Shown here: positions 13,001 to 28,000 of the stretch, piece by piece
Layout of the letters: each line of letters begins with the position of its first letter
Position numbering within the stretch: the stretch's first letter is position 1
Assembly (NCBI GenBank): GCA_964057225.1
Contig: OZ059896.1
Span: 1,178,001-1,242,000, forward strand
DNA: 64,000 nucleotides
Direction: 5' to 3'
Source: Auanema rhodensis
Taxonomy: Eukaryota > Animalia > Nematoda
Notes under the pieces: model-generated
What the model was told of the DNA's origin: nothing
Seen by the model: the letters and a program-made list of their open reading frames with translations, nothing else
The model's database searches: none
Translations under genes and position numbers: made by a program

Positions 13001-16000
13001 TAATTTTTTCGTTGAATAACATTGTCCTTCGTTTTTGCCTCAAAAAAAGGAATCTAAAAACATCTACTTTTTGCGAAATTATTTTGAAATTTTTCGAAAA
13101 AATTTTGTCAAAATGTTTTTGGAAGCAATGTTGAGTGTACATGGAAACTCAACATACACTAATGCATCATTTTTCAAACGATCATAACTAATTTTTGTGA
13201 TGAGCGTTTCTCCATGTAGTATAATGCATTCGATGCGGATTTTTAAGCTGCGTCGATCTGTGTTATCAGATTTGCGCTAGCTTAAAAATGCACCGAGATA
13301 TTAACTGATATAAGTTCACACTTATATCCTCGATTTTCACCCTGAAGAATTAATTTTTTCGTTGAATAACATTGTCCATCGTTTTTGCCTCAAAAAAAGG
13401 AATTTAAAAACATCTACTTTTTGCGAAATTATTTTGAAATTTTTCGAAAAAATTTTGTCAAAATGTTTTTGGAAGCAATGTTGAGTGTACATGGAAACTC
13501 AACATACACTAATGCATCATTTTTCAAACGATCATAACTAATTTTTGTATTAAGCTTTTCTCAATGTAATATAGTGCATTCGATGCGGTTTTTTAAGCTG
13601 CGTCGATCTGTGTTATCAGATTTGCGCTAGCTTAAAAATGCACCGAGATATTAACTGATATAAGTTCACACTTATATCCTCGATTTTCACCCTGAAGAAT
13701 TAATTTTTTCGTTGAATAACATTGTCCATCGTTTTTGCCTCAAAAAAAGGAATCTAAAAACATCTACTTTTTGCTAAATTATTTTGAAATTTTTCGAAAA
13801 AATTTTTGTCAAAATGTTTTTGGAAGCAATTTTGAGTGTACATGGAAACTCAACATACACTAATGCATCATTTTTCAAACGATCATAACTAATTTTTGTA
13901 TTAAGCTTTTCTTAATGTAGTATAGTGCATTCGATGCGGACTTTTAAGCTGCGTCGATCTATGTTATCAGATTTGCGCTAGCTTAAAAATGCACCGAGAT
14001 ATTAACTGATATAAGTTCACACTTATATCCTCGATTTTCACCCTGAAGAATTAATTTTTTCGTTGAATAACATTGTCCTTCGTTTTTGCCTCAAAAAAAG
14101 GAATCTAAAAACATCTACTTTTTGCGAAATTATTTTGAAATTTTTCGAAAAAATTTTGTCAAAATGTTTTTGGAAGCAATGTTGAGTGTACATGGAAACT
14201 CAACATACACTAATGCATCATTTTTCAAACGATCATAACTAATTTTTGTGATGAGCGTTTCTCCATGTAGTATAATGCATTCGATGCGGATTTTTAAGCT
14301 GCGTCGATCTGTGTTATCAGATTTGCGCTAGCTTAAAAATGCACCGAGATATTAACTGATATAAGTTCACACTTATATCCTCGATTTTCACCCTGAAGAA
14401 TTAATTTTTTCGTTGAATAACATTGTCCATCGTTTTTGCCTCAAAAAAAGGAATTTAAAAACATCTACTTTTTGCGAAATTATTTTGAAATTTTTCGAAA
14501 AAATTTTGTCAAAATGTTTTTGGAAGCAATGTTGAGTGTACATGGAAACTCAACATACACTAATGCATCATTTTTCAAACGATCATAACTAATTTTTGTA
14601 TTAAGCTTTTCTCAATGTAATATAGTGCATTCGATGCGGTTTTTTAAGCTGCGTCGATCTGTGTTATCAGATTTGCGCTAGCTTAAAAATGCACCGAGAT
14701 ATTAACTGATATAAGTTCACACTTATATCCTCGATTTTCACCCTGAAGAATTAATTTTTTCGTTGAATAACATTGTCCATCGTTTTTGCCTCAAAAAAAG
14801 GAATCTAAAAACATCTACTTTTTGCGAAATTGTTTTGAAATTTTTCGAAAAAATTTTGTCAAAATGTTTTTGGAAGCAATGTTGAGTGTACATGGAAACT
14901 CAACATACACTAATGCATCATTTTTCAAACGATCATAACTAATTTTTGTGATGAGCGTTTCTCCATGTAGTATAATGCATTCGATGCGGATTTTTAAGCT
15001 GCGTCGATCTGTGTTATCAGATTTGCGCTAGCTTAAAAATGCACCGAGATATCAACTGATATAAGTTCACACTTATATCCTCGATTTTCACCCTGAAGAA
15101 TTAATTTTTTCGTTGAATAACATTGTCCATCGTTTTTGCCTTGAAAGAAGGAATCTAAAAACATCTACTTTTTGCTAAATTATTTTGAAATTTTTCGAAA
15201 AAATTTTTGTCAAAATGTTTTTGGAAGCAATTTTGAGTGTACATGGAAATTCAACATACACTAATGCATCATTTTTCAAACGATCATAACTAATTTTTGT
15301 ATTAAGCTTTTCTTAATGTAGTATAGTGCATTCGATGCGGACTTTTAAGCTGCGTCGATCTATGTTATCAGATTTGCGCTAGCTTAAAAATGCACCGAGA
15401 TATTAACTGATATAAGTTCACACTTATATCCTCGATTTTCACCCTGAAGAATTAATTTTTTCGTTGAATAACATTGTCCATCGTTTTTGCCTTGAAAGAA
15501 GGAATTTAAAAACATCTACTTTTTGCGAAATTATTTTGAAATTTTTCGAAAAAATTTTGTCAAAATGTTTTTGGAAGCAATGTTGAGTGTACATGGAAAC
15601 TCAACATACACTAATGCATCATTTTTCATACGATCATAACTAATTTTTGTGATGAGCGTTTCTCCATGTAGTATAATGCATTCGATGCGGATTTTTAAGC
15701 TGCGTCGATCTGTGTTATCAGATTTGCGCTAGCTTAAAAATGCACCGAGATATTAACTGATATAAGTTCACACTTATATCCTTGATTTTCACCCTGAAGA
15801 ATTAATTTTTTCGTTGAATAACATTGTCCATCGTTTTTGCCTCAAAAAAAGGAATTTAAAAATATCTACTTTTTGCGAAATTATTTTGAAATTTTTCGAA
15901 AAAATTTTGTCAAAATGTTTTTGGAAGCAATGTTGAGTGTACATGGAAACTCAACATACACTAATGCATCATTTTTCAAACGATCATAACTAATTTTTGT

Positions 16001-19000
16001 GATGAGCGTTTCTCCATGTAGTATAATGCATTCGATGCGGAGTTTTAAGCTGCGTCGATCTGTGTTATCAGATTTGCGCCAGCTTAAAAATGCACCGAGA
16101 TATCAACTGATATAAGTTCACACTTATATCCTCGATTTTCACCCTGAAGAATTAATTTTTTCGTTGAATAACATTGTCCATCGTTTTTGCCTTGAAAGAA
16201 GGAATCTAAAAACATCTACTTTTTGCTAAATTATTTTGAAATTTTTCGAAAAAATTTTTGTCAAAATGTTTTTGGAAGCAATTTTGAGTGTACATGGAAA
16301 CTCAACATACACTAATGCATCATTTTTCAAACGATCATAACTAATTTTTGTATTAAGCTTTTCTTAATGTAGTATAGTGCATTCGATGCGGACTTTTAAG
16401 CTGCGTCGATCTATGTTATCAGATTTGCGCTAGCTTAAAAATGCACCGAGATATTAACTGATATAAGTTCACACTTATATCCTCGATTTTCACCCTGAAG
16501 AATTAATTTTTTCGTTGAATAACATTGTCCATCGTTTTTGCCTCAAAAAAAGGAATCTAAAAACATCTACTTTTTGCGAAATTATTTTGAAATTTTTCGA
16601 AAAAATTTTGTCAAAATGTTTTTGGAAGCAATGTTGAGTGTACATGGAAACTCAACATACACTAATGCATCATTTTTCAAACGATCATAACTAATTTTTG
16701 TGATGAGCGTTTCTCCATGTAGTATAATGCATTCGATGCGGATTTTTAAGCTGCGTCGATCTGTGTTATCAGATTTGCGCTAGCTTAAAAATGCACCGAG
16801 ATATTAACTGATATAAGTTCACACTTATATCCTCGATTTTCACCCTGAAGAATTAATTTTTTCGTTGAATAACATTGTCCATCGTTTTTGCCTCAAAAAA
16901 AGGAATTTAAAAACATCTACTTTTTGCGAAATTATTTTGAAATTTTTCGAAAAAATTTTGTCAAAATGTTTTTGGAAGCAATGTTGAGTGTACATGGAAA
17001 CTCAACATACACTAATGCATCATTTTTCAAACGATCATAACTAATTTTTGTGATGAGCGTTTCTCCATGTAGTATAATGCATTCGATGCGGATTTTTAAG
17101 CTGCGTCGATCTGTGTTATCAGATTTGCGCCAGCTTAAAAATGCACCGAGATATCAACTGATATAAGTTCACACTTATATCCTCGATTTTCACCCTGAAG
17201 AATTAATTTTTTCGTTGAATAACATTGTCCATCGTTTTTGCCTTGAAAGAAGGAATCTAAAAACATCTACTTTTTGCTAAATTATTTTGAAATTTTTCGA
17301 AAAAATTTTTGTCAAAATGTTTTTGGAAGCAATTTTGAGTGTACATGGAAACTCAACATACACTAATGCATCATTTTTCAAACGATCATAACTAATTTTT
17401 GTATTAAGCTTTTCTCAATGTAGTATAGTGCATTCGATGCGGACTTTTAAGCTGCGTCGATCTGTGTTATCAGATTTGCGCTAGCTTAAAAATGCACCGA
17501 GATATTAACTGATATAAGTTCACACTTATATCCTCGATTTTCACCCTGAAGAATTAATTTTTTCGTTGAATAACATTGTCCATCGTTTTTGCCTTGAAAG
17601 AAGGAATCTAAAAACATCTACTTTTTGCTAAATTATTTTGAAATTTTTCGAAAAAATTTTTGTCAAAATGTTTTTGGAAGCAATTTTGAGTGTACATGGA
17701 AACTCAACATACACTAATGCATCATTTTTCAAACGATCATAACTAATTTTTGTATTAAGCTTTTCTCAATGTAATATAGTGCATTCGATGCGGTTTTTTA
17801 AGCTGCGTCGATCTGTGTTATCAGATTTGCGCTAGCTTAAAAATGCACCGAGATATTAACTGATATAAGTTCACACTTATATCCTCGATTTTCACCCTGA
17901 AGAATTAATTTTTTCGTTGAATAACATTGTCCATCGTTTTTGCCTCAAAAAAAGGAATCTAAAAACATCTACTTTTTGCGAAATTGTTTTGAAATTTTTC
18001 GAAAAAATTTTGTCAAAATGTTTTTGGAAGCAATGTTGAGTGTACATGGAAACTCAACATACACTAATGCATCATTTTTCAAACGATCATAACTAATTTT
18101 TGTGATGAGCGTTTCTCCATGTAGTATAATGCATTCGATGCGGATTTTTAAGCTGCGTCGATCTGTGTTATCAGATTTGCGCTAGCTTAAAAATGCACCG
18201 AGATATCAACTGATATAAGTTCACACTTATATCCTCGATTTTCACCCTGAAGAATTAATTTTTTCGTTGAATAACATTGTCCATCGTTTTTGCCTTGAAA
18301 GAAGGAATCTAAAAACATCTACTTTTTGCTAAATTATTTTGAAATTTTTCGAAAAAATTTTTGTCAAAATGTTTTTGGAAGCAATTTTGAGTGTACATGG
18401 AAATTCAACATACACTAATGCATCATTTTTCAAACGATCATAACTAATTTTTGTATTAAGCTTTTCTTAATGTAGTATAGTGCATTCGATGCGGACTTTT
18501 AAGCTGCGTCGATCTATGTTATCAGATTTGCGCTAGCTTAAAAATGCACCGAGATATTAACTGATATAAGTTCACACTTATATCCTCGATTTTCACCCTG
18601 AAGAATTAATTTTTTCGTTGAATAACATTGTCCATCGTTTTTGCCTTGAAAGAAGGAATTTAAAAACATCTACTTTTTGCGAAATTATTTTGAAATTTTT
18701 CGAAAAAATTTTGTCAAAATGTTTTTGGAAGCAATGTTGAGTGTACATGGAAACTCAACATACACTAATGCATCATTTTTCATACGATCATAACTAATTT
18801 TTGTGATGAGCGTTTCTCCATGTAGTATAATGCATTCGATGCGGATTTTTAAGCTGCGTCGATCTGTGTTATCAGATTTGCGCTAGCTTAAAAATGCACC
18901 GAGATATTAACTGATATAAGTTCACACTTATATCCTCGATTTTCACCCTGAAGAATTAATTTTTTCGTTGAATAACATTGTCCATCGTTTTTGCCTCAAA

Positions 19001-22000
19001 AAAAGGAATTTAAAAACATCTACTTTTTGCGAAATTATTTTGAAATTTTTCGAAAAAATTTTGTCAAAATGTTTTTGGAAGCAATGTTGAGTGTACATGG
19101 AAACTCAACATACACTAATGCATCATTTTTCAAACGATCATAACTAATTTTTGTGATGAGCGTTTCTCCATGTAGTATAATGCATTCGATGCGGAGTTTT
19201 AAGCTGCGTCGATCTGTGTTATCAGATTTGCGCCAGCTTAAAAATGCACCGAGATATCAACTGATATAAGTTCACACTTATATCCTCGATTTTCACCCTG
19301 AAGAATTAATTTTTTCGTTGAATAACATTGTCCATCGTTTTTGCCTTGAAAGAAGGAATCTAAAAACATCTACTTTTTGCTAAATTATTTTGAAATTTTT
19401 CGAAAAAATTTTTGTCAAAATGTTTTTGGAAGCAATTTTGAGTGTACATGGAAACTCAACATACACTAATGCATCATTTTTCAAACGATCATAACTAATT
19501 TTTGTATTAAGCTTTTCTCAATGTAGTATAGTGCATTCGATGCGGACTTTTAAGCTGCGTCGATCTGTGTTATCAGATTTGCGCTAGCTTAAAAATGCAC
19601 CGAGATATTAACTGATATAAGTTCACACTTATATCCTCGATTTTCCCCCTGAAGAATTAATTTTTTCGTTGAATAACATTGTCCATCGTTTTTGCCTTGA
19701 AAGAAGGAATCTAAAAACATCTACTTTTTGCTAAATTATTTTGAAATTTTTCGAAAAAATTTTTGTCAAAATGTTTTTGGAAGCAATGTTGAGTGTACAT
19801 GGAAACTCAACATACACTAATGCATCATTTTTCAAACGATCATAACTAATTTTTGTGATGAGCGTTTCTCCATGTAGTATAATGCATTCGATGCGGATTT
19901 TTAAGCTGCGTCGATCTGTGTTATCAGATTTGCGCTAGCTTAAAAATGCACCGAGATATTAACTGATATAAGTTCACACTTATATCCTCGATTTTCACCC
20001 TGAAGAATTAATTTTTTCGTTGAATAACATTGTCCATCGTTTTTGCCTCAAAAAAAGGAATTTAAAAACATCTACTTTTTGCGAAATTATTTTGAAATTT
20101 TTCGAAAAAATTTTGTCAAAATGTTTTTGGAAGCAATGTTGAGTGTACATGGAAACTCAACATACACTAATGCATCATTTTTCAAACGATCATAACTAAT
20201 TTTTGTATTAAGCTTTTCTCAATGTAATATAGTGCATTCGATGCGGTTTTTTAAGCTGCGTCGATCTGTGTTATCAGATTTGCGCTAGCTTAAAAATGCA
20301 CCGAGATATTAACTGATATAAGTTCACACTTATATCCTCGATTTTCACCCTGAAGAATTAATTTTTTCGTTGAATAACATTGTCCATCGTTTTTGCCTCA
20401 AAAAAAGGAATCTAAAAACATCTACTTTTTGCGAAATTATTTTGAAATTTTTTGAAAAAATTTTGTCAAAATGTTTTTGGAAGCAATTTTGAGTGTACAT
20501 GGAAACTCAACATACACTAATGCATCATTTTTCAAACGATCATAACTAATTTTTGTGATGAGCGTTTCTCCATGTAGTATAATGCATTCGATGCGGATTT
20601 TTAAGCTGCGTCGATCTGTGTTATCAGATTTGCGCTAGCTTAAAAATGCACCGAGATATCAACTGATATAAGTTCACACTTATATCCTCGATTTTCACCC
20701 TGAAGAATTAATTTTTTCGTTGAATAACATTGTCCATCGTTTTTGCCTCAAAAAAAGGAATCTAAAAACATCTACTTTTTGCGAAATTATTTTGAAATTT
20801 TTTGAAAAAATTTTGTCAAAATGTTTTTGGAAGCAATGTTGAGTGTACATGGAAACTCAACATACACTAATGCATCATTTTTCAAACGATCATAACTAAT
20901 TTTTGTGATGAGCGTTTCTCCATGTAGTATAATGCATTCGATGCGGATTTTTAAGCTGCGTCGATCTGTGTTATCAGATTTGCGCTAGCTTAAAAATGCA
21001 CCGAGATATCAACTGATATAAGTTCACACTTATATCCTCGATTTTCACCCTGAAGAATTAATTTTTTCGTTGAATAACATTGTCCATCGTTTTTGCCTTG
21101 TAAGAAGGAATCTAAAAACATCTACTTTTTGCTAAATTATTTTGAAATTTTTCGAAAAAATTTTTGTCAAAATGTTTTTGGAAGCAATTTTGAGTGTACA
21201 TGGAAACTCAACATACACTAATGCATCATTTTTCAAACGATCATAACTAATTTTTGTATTAAGCTTTTCTCAATGTAGTATAGTGCATTCGATGCGGACT
21301 TTTAAGCTGCGTCGATCTGTGTTATCAGATTTGCGCTAGCTTAAAAATGCACCGAGATATTAACTGATATAAGTTCACACTTATATCCTCGATTTTCACC
21401 CTGAAGAATTAATTTTTTCGTTGAATAACATTGTCCATCGTTTTTGCCTTGAAAGAAGGAATCTAAAAACATCTACTTTTTGCTAAATTATTTTGAAATT
21501 TTTCGAAAAAATTTTTGTCAAAATGTTTTTGGAAGCAATTTTGAGTGTACATGGAAACTCAACATACACTAATGCATCATTTTTCAAACGATCATAACTA
21601 ATTTTTGTGATGAGCGTTTCTCCATGTAGTATAATGCATTCGATGCGGATTTTTAAGCTGCGTCGATCTGTGTTATCAGATTTGCGCTAGCTTAAAAATG
21701 CACCGAGATATTAACTGATATAAGTTCACACTTATATCCTCGATTTTCACCCTGAAGAATTAATTTTTTCGTTGAATAACATTGTCCATCGTTTTTGCCT
21801 CAAAAAAAGGAATTTAAAAACATCTACTTTTTGCGAAATTATTTTGAAATTTTTCGAAAAAATTTTGTCAAAATGTTTTTGGAAGCAATGTTGAGTGTAC
21901 ATGGAAACTCAACATACACTAATGCATCATTTTTCAAACGATCATAACTAATTTTTGTATTAAGCTTTTCTCAATGTAATATAGTGCATTCGATGCGGTT

Positions 22001-25000
22001 TTTTAAGCTGCGTCGATCTGTGTTATCAGATTTGCGCTAGCTTAAAAATGCACCGAGATATTAACTGATATAAGTTCACACTTATATCCTCGATTTTCAC
22101 CCTGAAGAATTAATTTTTTCGTTGAATAACATTGTCCATCGTTTTTGCCTCAAAAAAAGGAATCTAAAAACATCTACTTTTTGCGAAATTATCTTGAAAT
22201 TTTTTGAAAAAATTTTGTCAAAATGTTTTTGGAAGCAATGTTGAGTGTACATGGAAACTCAACATACACTAATGCATCATTTTTCAAACGATCATAACTA
22301 ATTTTTGTGATGAGCGTTTCTCCATGTAGTATAATGCATTCGATGCGGATTTTTAAGCTGCGTCGATCTGTGTTATCAGATTTGCGCTAGCTTAAAAATG
22401 CACCGAGATATCAACTGATATAAGTTCACACTTATATCCTCGATTTTCACCCTGAAGAATTAATTTTTTCGTTGAATAACATTGTCCATCGTTTTTGCCT
22501 CAAAAAAAGGAATCTAAAAACATCTACTTTTTGCGAAATTATTTTGAAATTTTTTGAAAAAATTTTGTCAAAATGTTTTTGGAAGCAATGTTGAGTGTAC
22601 ATGGAAACTCAACATACACTAATGCATCATTTTTCAAACGATCATAACTAATTTTTGTGATGAGCGTTTCTCCATGTAGTATAATGCATTCGATGCGGAT
22701 TTTTAAGCTGCGTCGATCTGTGTTATCAGATTTGCGCTAGCTTAAAAATGCACCGAGATATCAACTGATATAAGTTCACACTTATATCCTCGATTTTCAC
22801 CCTGAAGAATTAATTTTTTCGTTGAATAACATTGTCCATCGTTTTTGCCTTGTAAGAAGGAATCTAAAAACATCTACTTTTTGCTAAATTATTTTGAAAT
22901 TTTTCGAAAAAATTTTTGTCAAAATGTTTTTGGAAGCAATTTTGAGTGTACATGGAAACTCAACATACACTAATGCATCATTTTTCAAACGATCATAACT
23001 AATTTTTGTATTAAGCTTTTCTCAATGTAGTATAGTGCATTCGATGCGGACTTTTAAGCTGCGTCGATCTGTGTTATCAGATTTGCGCTAGCTTAAAAAT
23101 GCACCGAGATATTAACTGATATAAGTTCACACTTATATCCTCGATTTTCACCCTGAAGAATTAATTTTTTCGTTGAATAACATTGTCCATCGTTTTTGCC
23201 TCAAAAAAAGGAATCTAAAAACATCTACTTTTTGCGAAATTATTTTGAAATTTTTTGAAAAAATTTTGTCAAAATGTTTTTGGAAGCAATGTTGAGTGTA
23301 CATGGAAACTCAACATACACTAATGCATCATTTTTCAAACGATCATAACTAATTTTTGTATTTAGCTTTTCTCAATGTAGTATAGTGCATTCGATGCGGA
23401 TTTTTAAGCTGCGTCGATCTGTACTATCAGATTTACGCTAGCTCGAAAATGCACCGAGATATCAACTGATATAAGTTCACACCTATATCCTCGATTTTCA
23501 CCCTGAAGAATTAATTTTTTCGTTGAATAACATTGTCCATCGTTTTTGCCTTGAAAAATGGAATCTAAAAACATCTACTTTTTGCTAAATTATTTTGAAA
23601 TTTTTCGAAAAAATTTTTGTCAAAATGTTTTTGGAAGCAATTTTGAGTGTACATGGAAACTCAACATACACTAATGCATCATTTTTCAAACGATCATAAC
23701 TAATTTTTGTATTAAGCTTTTCTCAATGTAATATAGTGCATTCGATGCGGTTTTTTAAGCTGCGTCGATCTGTGTTATCAGATTTGCGCTAGCTTAAAAA
23801 TGCACCGAGATATTAACTGATATAAGTTCACACTTATATCCTCGATTTTCACCCTGAAGAATTAATTTTTTCGTTGAATAACATTGTCCATCGTTTTTGC
23901 CTCAAAAAAAGGAATCTAAAAACATCTACTTTTTGCGAAATTATTTTGAAATTTTTCGAAAAAATTTTGTCAAAATGTTTTTGGAAGCAATGTTGAGTGT
24001 ACATGGAAACTCAACATACACTAATGCATCATTTTTCAAACGATCATAACTAATTTTTGTGATGAGCGTTTCTCCATGTAGTATAATGCATTCGATGCGG
24101 ATTTTTAAGCTGCGTCGATCTGTGTTATCAGATTTGCGCTAGCTTAAAAATGCACCGAGATATTAACTGATATAAGTTCACACTTATATCCTCGATTTTC
24201 ACCCTGAAGAATTAATTTTTTCGTTGAATAACATTGTCCATCGTTTTTGCCTTGAAAGAAGGAATCTAAAAACATCTACTTTTTGCTAAATTATTTTGAA
24301 ATTTTTCGAAAAAATTTTTGTCAAAATGTTTTTGGAAGCAATTTTGAGTGTACATGGAAACTCAACATACACTAATGCATCATTTTTCAAACGATCATAA
24401 CTAATTTTTGTATTAAGCTTTTCTCAATGTAGTATAGTGCATTCGATGCGGACTTTTAAGCTGCGTCGATCTGTGTTATCAGATTTGCGCTAGCTTAAAA
24501 ATGCACCGAGATATTAACTGATATAAGTTCACACTTATATCCTCGATTTTCACCCTGAAGAATTAATTTTTTCGTTGAATAACATTGTCCATCGTTTTTG
24601 CCTTGAAAGAAGGAATCTAAAAACATCTACTTTTTGCTAAATTATTTTGAAATTTTTCGAAAAAATTTTTGTCAAAATGTTTTTGGAAGCAATTTTGAGT
24701 GTACATGGAAACTCAACATACACTAATGCATCATTTTTCAAACGATCATAACTAATTTTTGTATTAAGCTTTTCTCAATGTAATATAGTGCATTCGATGC
24801 GGTTTTTTAAGCTGCGTCGATCTGTGTTATCAGATTTGCGCTAGCTTAAAAATGCACCGAGATATTAACTGATATAAGTTCACACTTATATCCTCGATTT
24901 TCACCCTGAAGAATTAATTTTTTCGTTGAATAACATTGTCCATCGTTTTTGCCTCAAAAAAAGGAATTTAAAAACATCTACTTTTTGCGAAATTATTTTG

Positions 25001-28000
25001 AAATTTTTCGAAAAAATTTTGTCAAAATGTTTTTGGAAGCAATTTTGAGTGTACATGGAAACTCAACATACACTAATGCATCATTTTTCAAACGATCATA
25101 ACTAATTTTTGTGATGAGCGTTTCTCCATGTAGTATAATGCATTCGATGCGGATTTTTAAGCTGCGTCGATCTGTGTTATCAGATTTGCACTAGCTTAAA
25201 AATGCACCGAGATATCAACTGATATAAGTTCACACTTATATCCTCGATTTTCACCCTGAAGAATTAATTTTTTCGTTGAATAACATTGTCCATCGTTTTT
25301 GCCTTGAAAGAAGGAATCTAAAAACATCTACTTTTTGCTAAATTATTTTGAAATTTTTCGAAAAAATTTTTGTCAAAATGTTTTTGGAAGCAATTTTGAG
25401 TGTACATGGAAACTCAACATACACTAATGCATCATTTTTCAAACGATCATAACTAATTTTTGTATTAAGCTTTTTTCAATGTAGTATAGTGCATTCGATG
25501 CGGATTTTTAAGCTGCGTCGATCTGTGTTATCAGATTTGCGCTAGCTTAAAAATGCACCGAGATATCAACTGATATAAGTTCACACTTATATCCTCGATT
25601 TTCACCCTGAAGAATTAATTTTTTCGTTGAATAACATTGTCCATCGTTTTTGCCTTGAAAGAAGGAATCTAAAAACATCTACTTTTTGCTAAATTATTTT
25701 GAAATTTTTTGAAAAAATTTTTGTCAAAATGTTTTTGGAAGCAATTTTGAGTGTACATGGAAACTCAACATACACTAATGCATCATTTTTCAAACGATCA
25801 TAACTAATTTTTGTGATGAGCGTTTCTCCATGTAGTATAATGCATTCGATGCGGTTTTTTAAGCTGCGTCGATCTGTGTTATCAGATTTGCGCTAGCTTA
25901 AAAATGCACCGAGATATTAACTGATATAAGTTCACACTTATATCCTCGATTTTCACCCTGAAGAATTAATTTTTTCGTTGAATAACATTGTCCATCGTTT
26001 TTGCCTCAAAAAAAGGAATTTAAAAACATCTACTTTTTGCGAAATTATTTTGAAATTTTTCGAAAAAATTTTGTCAAAATGTTTTTGGAAGCAATTTTGA
26101 GTGTACATGGAAACTCAACATACACTAATGCATCATTTTTCAAACGATCATAACTAATTTTTGTGATGAGCGTTTCTCCATGTAGTATAATGCATTCGAT
26201 GCGGATTTTTAAGCTGCGTCGATCTGTGTTATCAGATTTGCACTAGCTTAAAAATGCACCGAGATATCAACTGATATAAGTTCACACTTATATCCTCGAT
26301 TTTCACCCTGAAGAATTAATTTTTTCGTTGAATAACATTGTCCATCGTTTTTGCCTTGAAAGAAGGAATCTAAAAACATCTACTTTTTGCTAAATTATTT
26401 TGAAATTTTTCGAAAAAATTTTTGTCAAAATGTTTTTGGAAGCAATTTTGAGTGTACATGGAAACTCAACATACACTAATGCATCATTTTTCAAACGATC
26501 ATAACTAATTTTTGTGATGAGCGTTTCTCCATGTAGTATAATGCATTCGATGCGGATTTTTAAGCTGCGTCGATCTGTGTTATCAGATTTGCACTAGCTT
26601 AAAAATGCACCGAGATATTAACTGATATAAGTTCACACTTATATCCTCGATTTTCACCCTGAAGAATTAATTTTTTCGTTGAATAACATTGTCCATCGTT
26701 TTTGCCTTGAAAGAAGGAATCTAAAAACATCTACTTTTTGCTAAATTATTTTGAAATTTTTCGAAAAAATTTTTGTCAAAATGTTTTTGGAAGCAATTTT
26801 GAGTGTACATGGAAACTCAACATACACTAATGCATCATTTTTCAAACGATCATAACTAATTTTTGTATTAAGCTTTTCTTAATGTAGTATAGTGCATTCG
26901 ATGCGGACTTTTAAGCTGCGTCGATCTGTGTTATCAGATTTGCGCTAGCTTAAAAATGCACCGAGATATCAACTGATATAAGTTCACACTTATATCCTCG
27001 ATTTTCACCCTGAAGAATTAATTTTTTCGTTGAATAACATTGTCCATCGTTTTTGCCTTGAAAAAAGGAATCTAAAAACATCTACTTTTTGCTAAATTAT
27101 TTTGAAATTTTTCGAAAAAATTTTTGTCAAAATGTTTTTGGAAGCAATTTTGAGTGTACATGGAAACTCAACATACACTAATGTATCATTTTTCAAACGA
27201 TCATAACTAATTTTTGTATTGAGCGTTTCTTAATGTATTATAGTGCATTCGATGCGGATTTTTAAGCTGCTTCGATCTGTGTTATCAGATTTGCGCTAGC
27301 TTAAAAATGCACCGAGATATCAACTGATATAAGTTCACACTTATATCCTCGATTTTCACCCTGAAGAATTAATTTTTTCGTTGAATAACATTGTCCATCG
27401 TTTTTGCCTTGAAAAAAGGAATCTAAAAACATCTACTTTTTGCGAAATTATTTTGAAATTTTTCGAAAAAATTTTGTCAAAATGTTTTTGGAAGCAATTT
27501 TGAGTGTACATGGAAACTCAACATACACTAATGCATCATTTTTCAAACGATCATAACTAATTTTTGTGATGAGCGTTTCTCCATGTAGTATAATGCATTC
27601 GATGCGGATTTTTAAGCTGCGTCGATCTGTGTTATCAGATTTGCACTAGCTTAAAAATGCACCGAGATATTAACTGATATAAGTTCACACTTATATCCTC
27701 GATTTTCACCCTGAAGAATTAATTTTTTCGTTGAATAACATTGTCCATCGTTTTTGCCTTGAAAGAAGGAATCTAAAAACATCTACTTTTTGCTAAATTA
27801 TTTTGAAATTTTTCGAAAAAATTTTTGTCAAAATGTTTTTGGAAGCAATTTTGAGTGTACATGGAAACTCAACATACACTAATGCATCATTTTTCAAACG
27901 ATCATAACTAATTTTTGTATTAAGCTTTTCTTAATGTAGTATAGTGCATTCGATGCGGACTTTTAAGCTGCGTCGATCTGTGTTATCAGATTTGCGCTAG

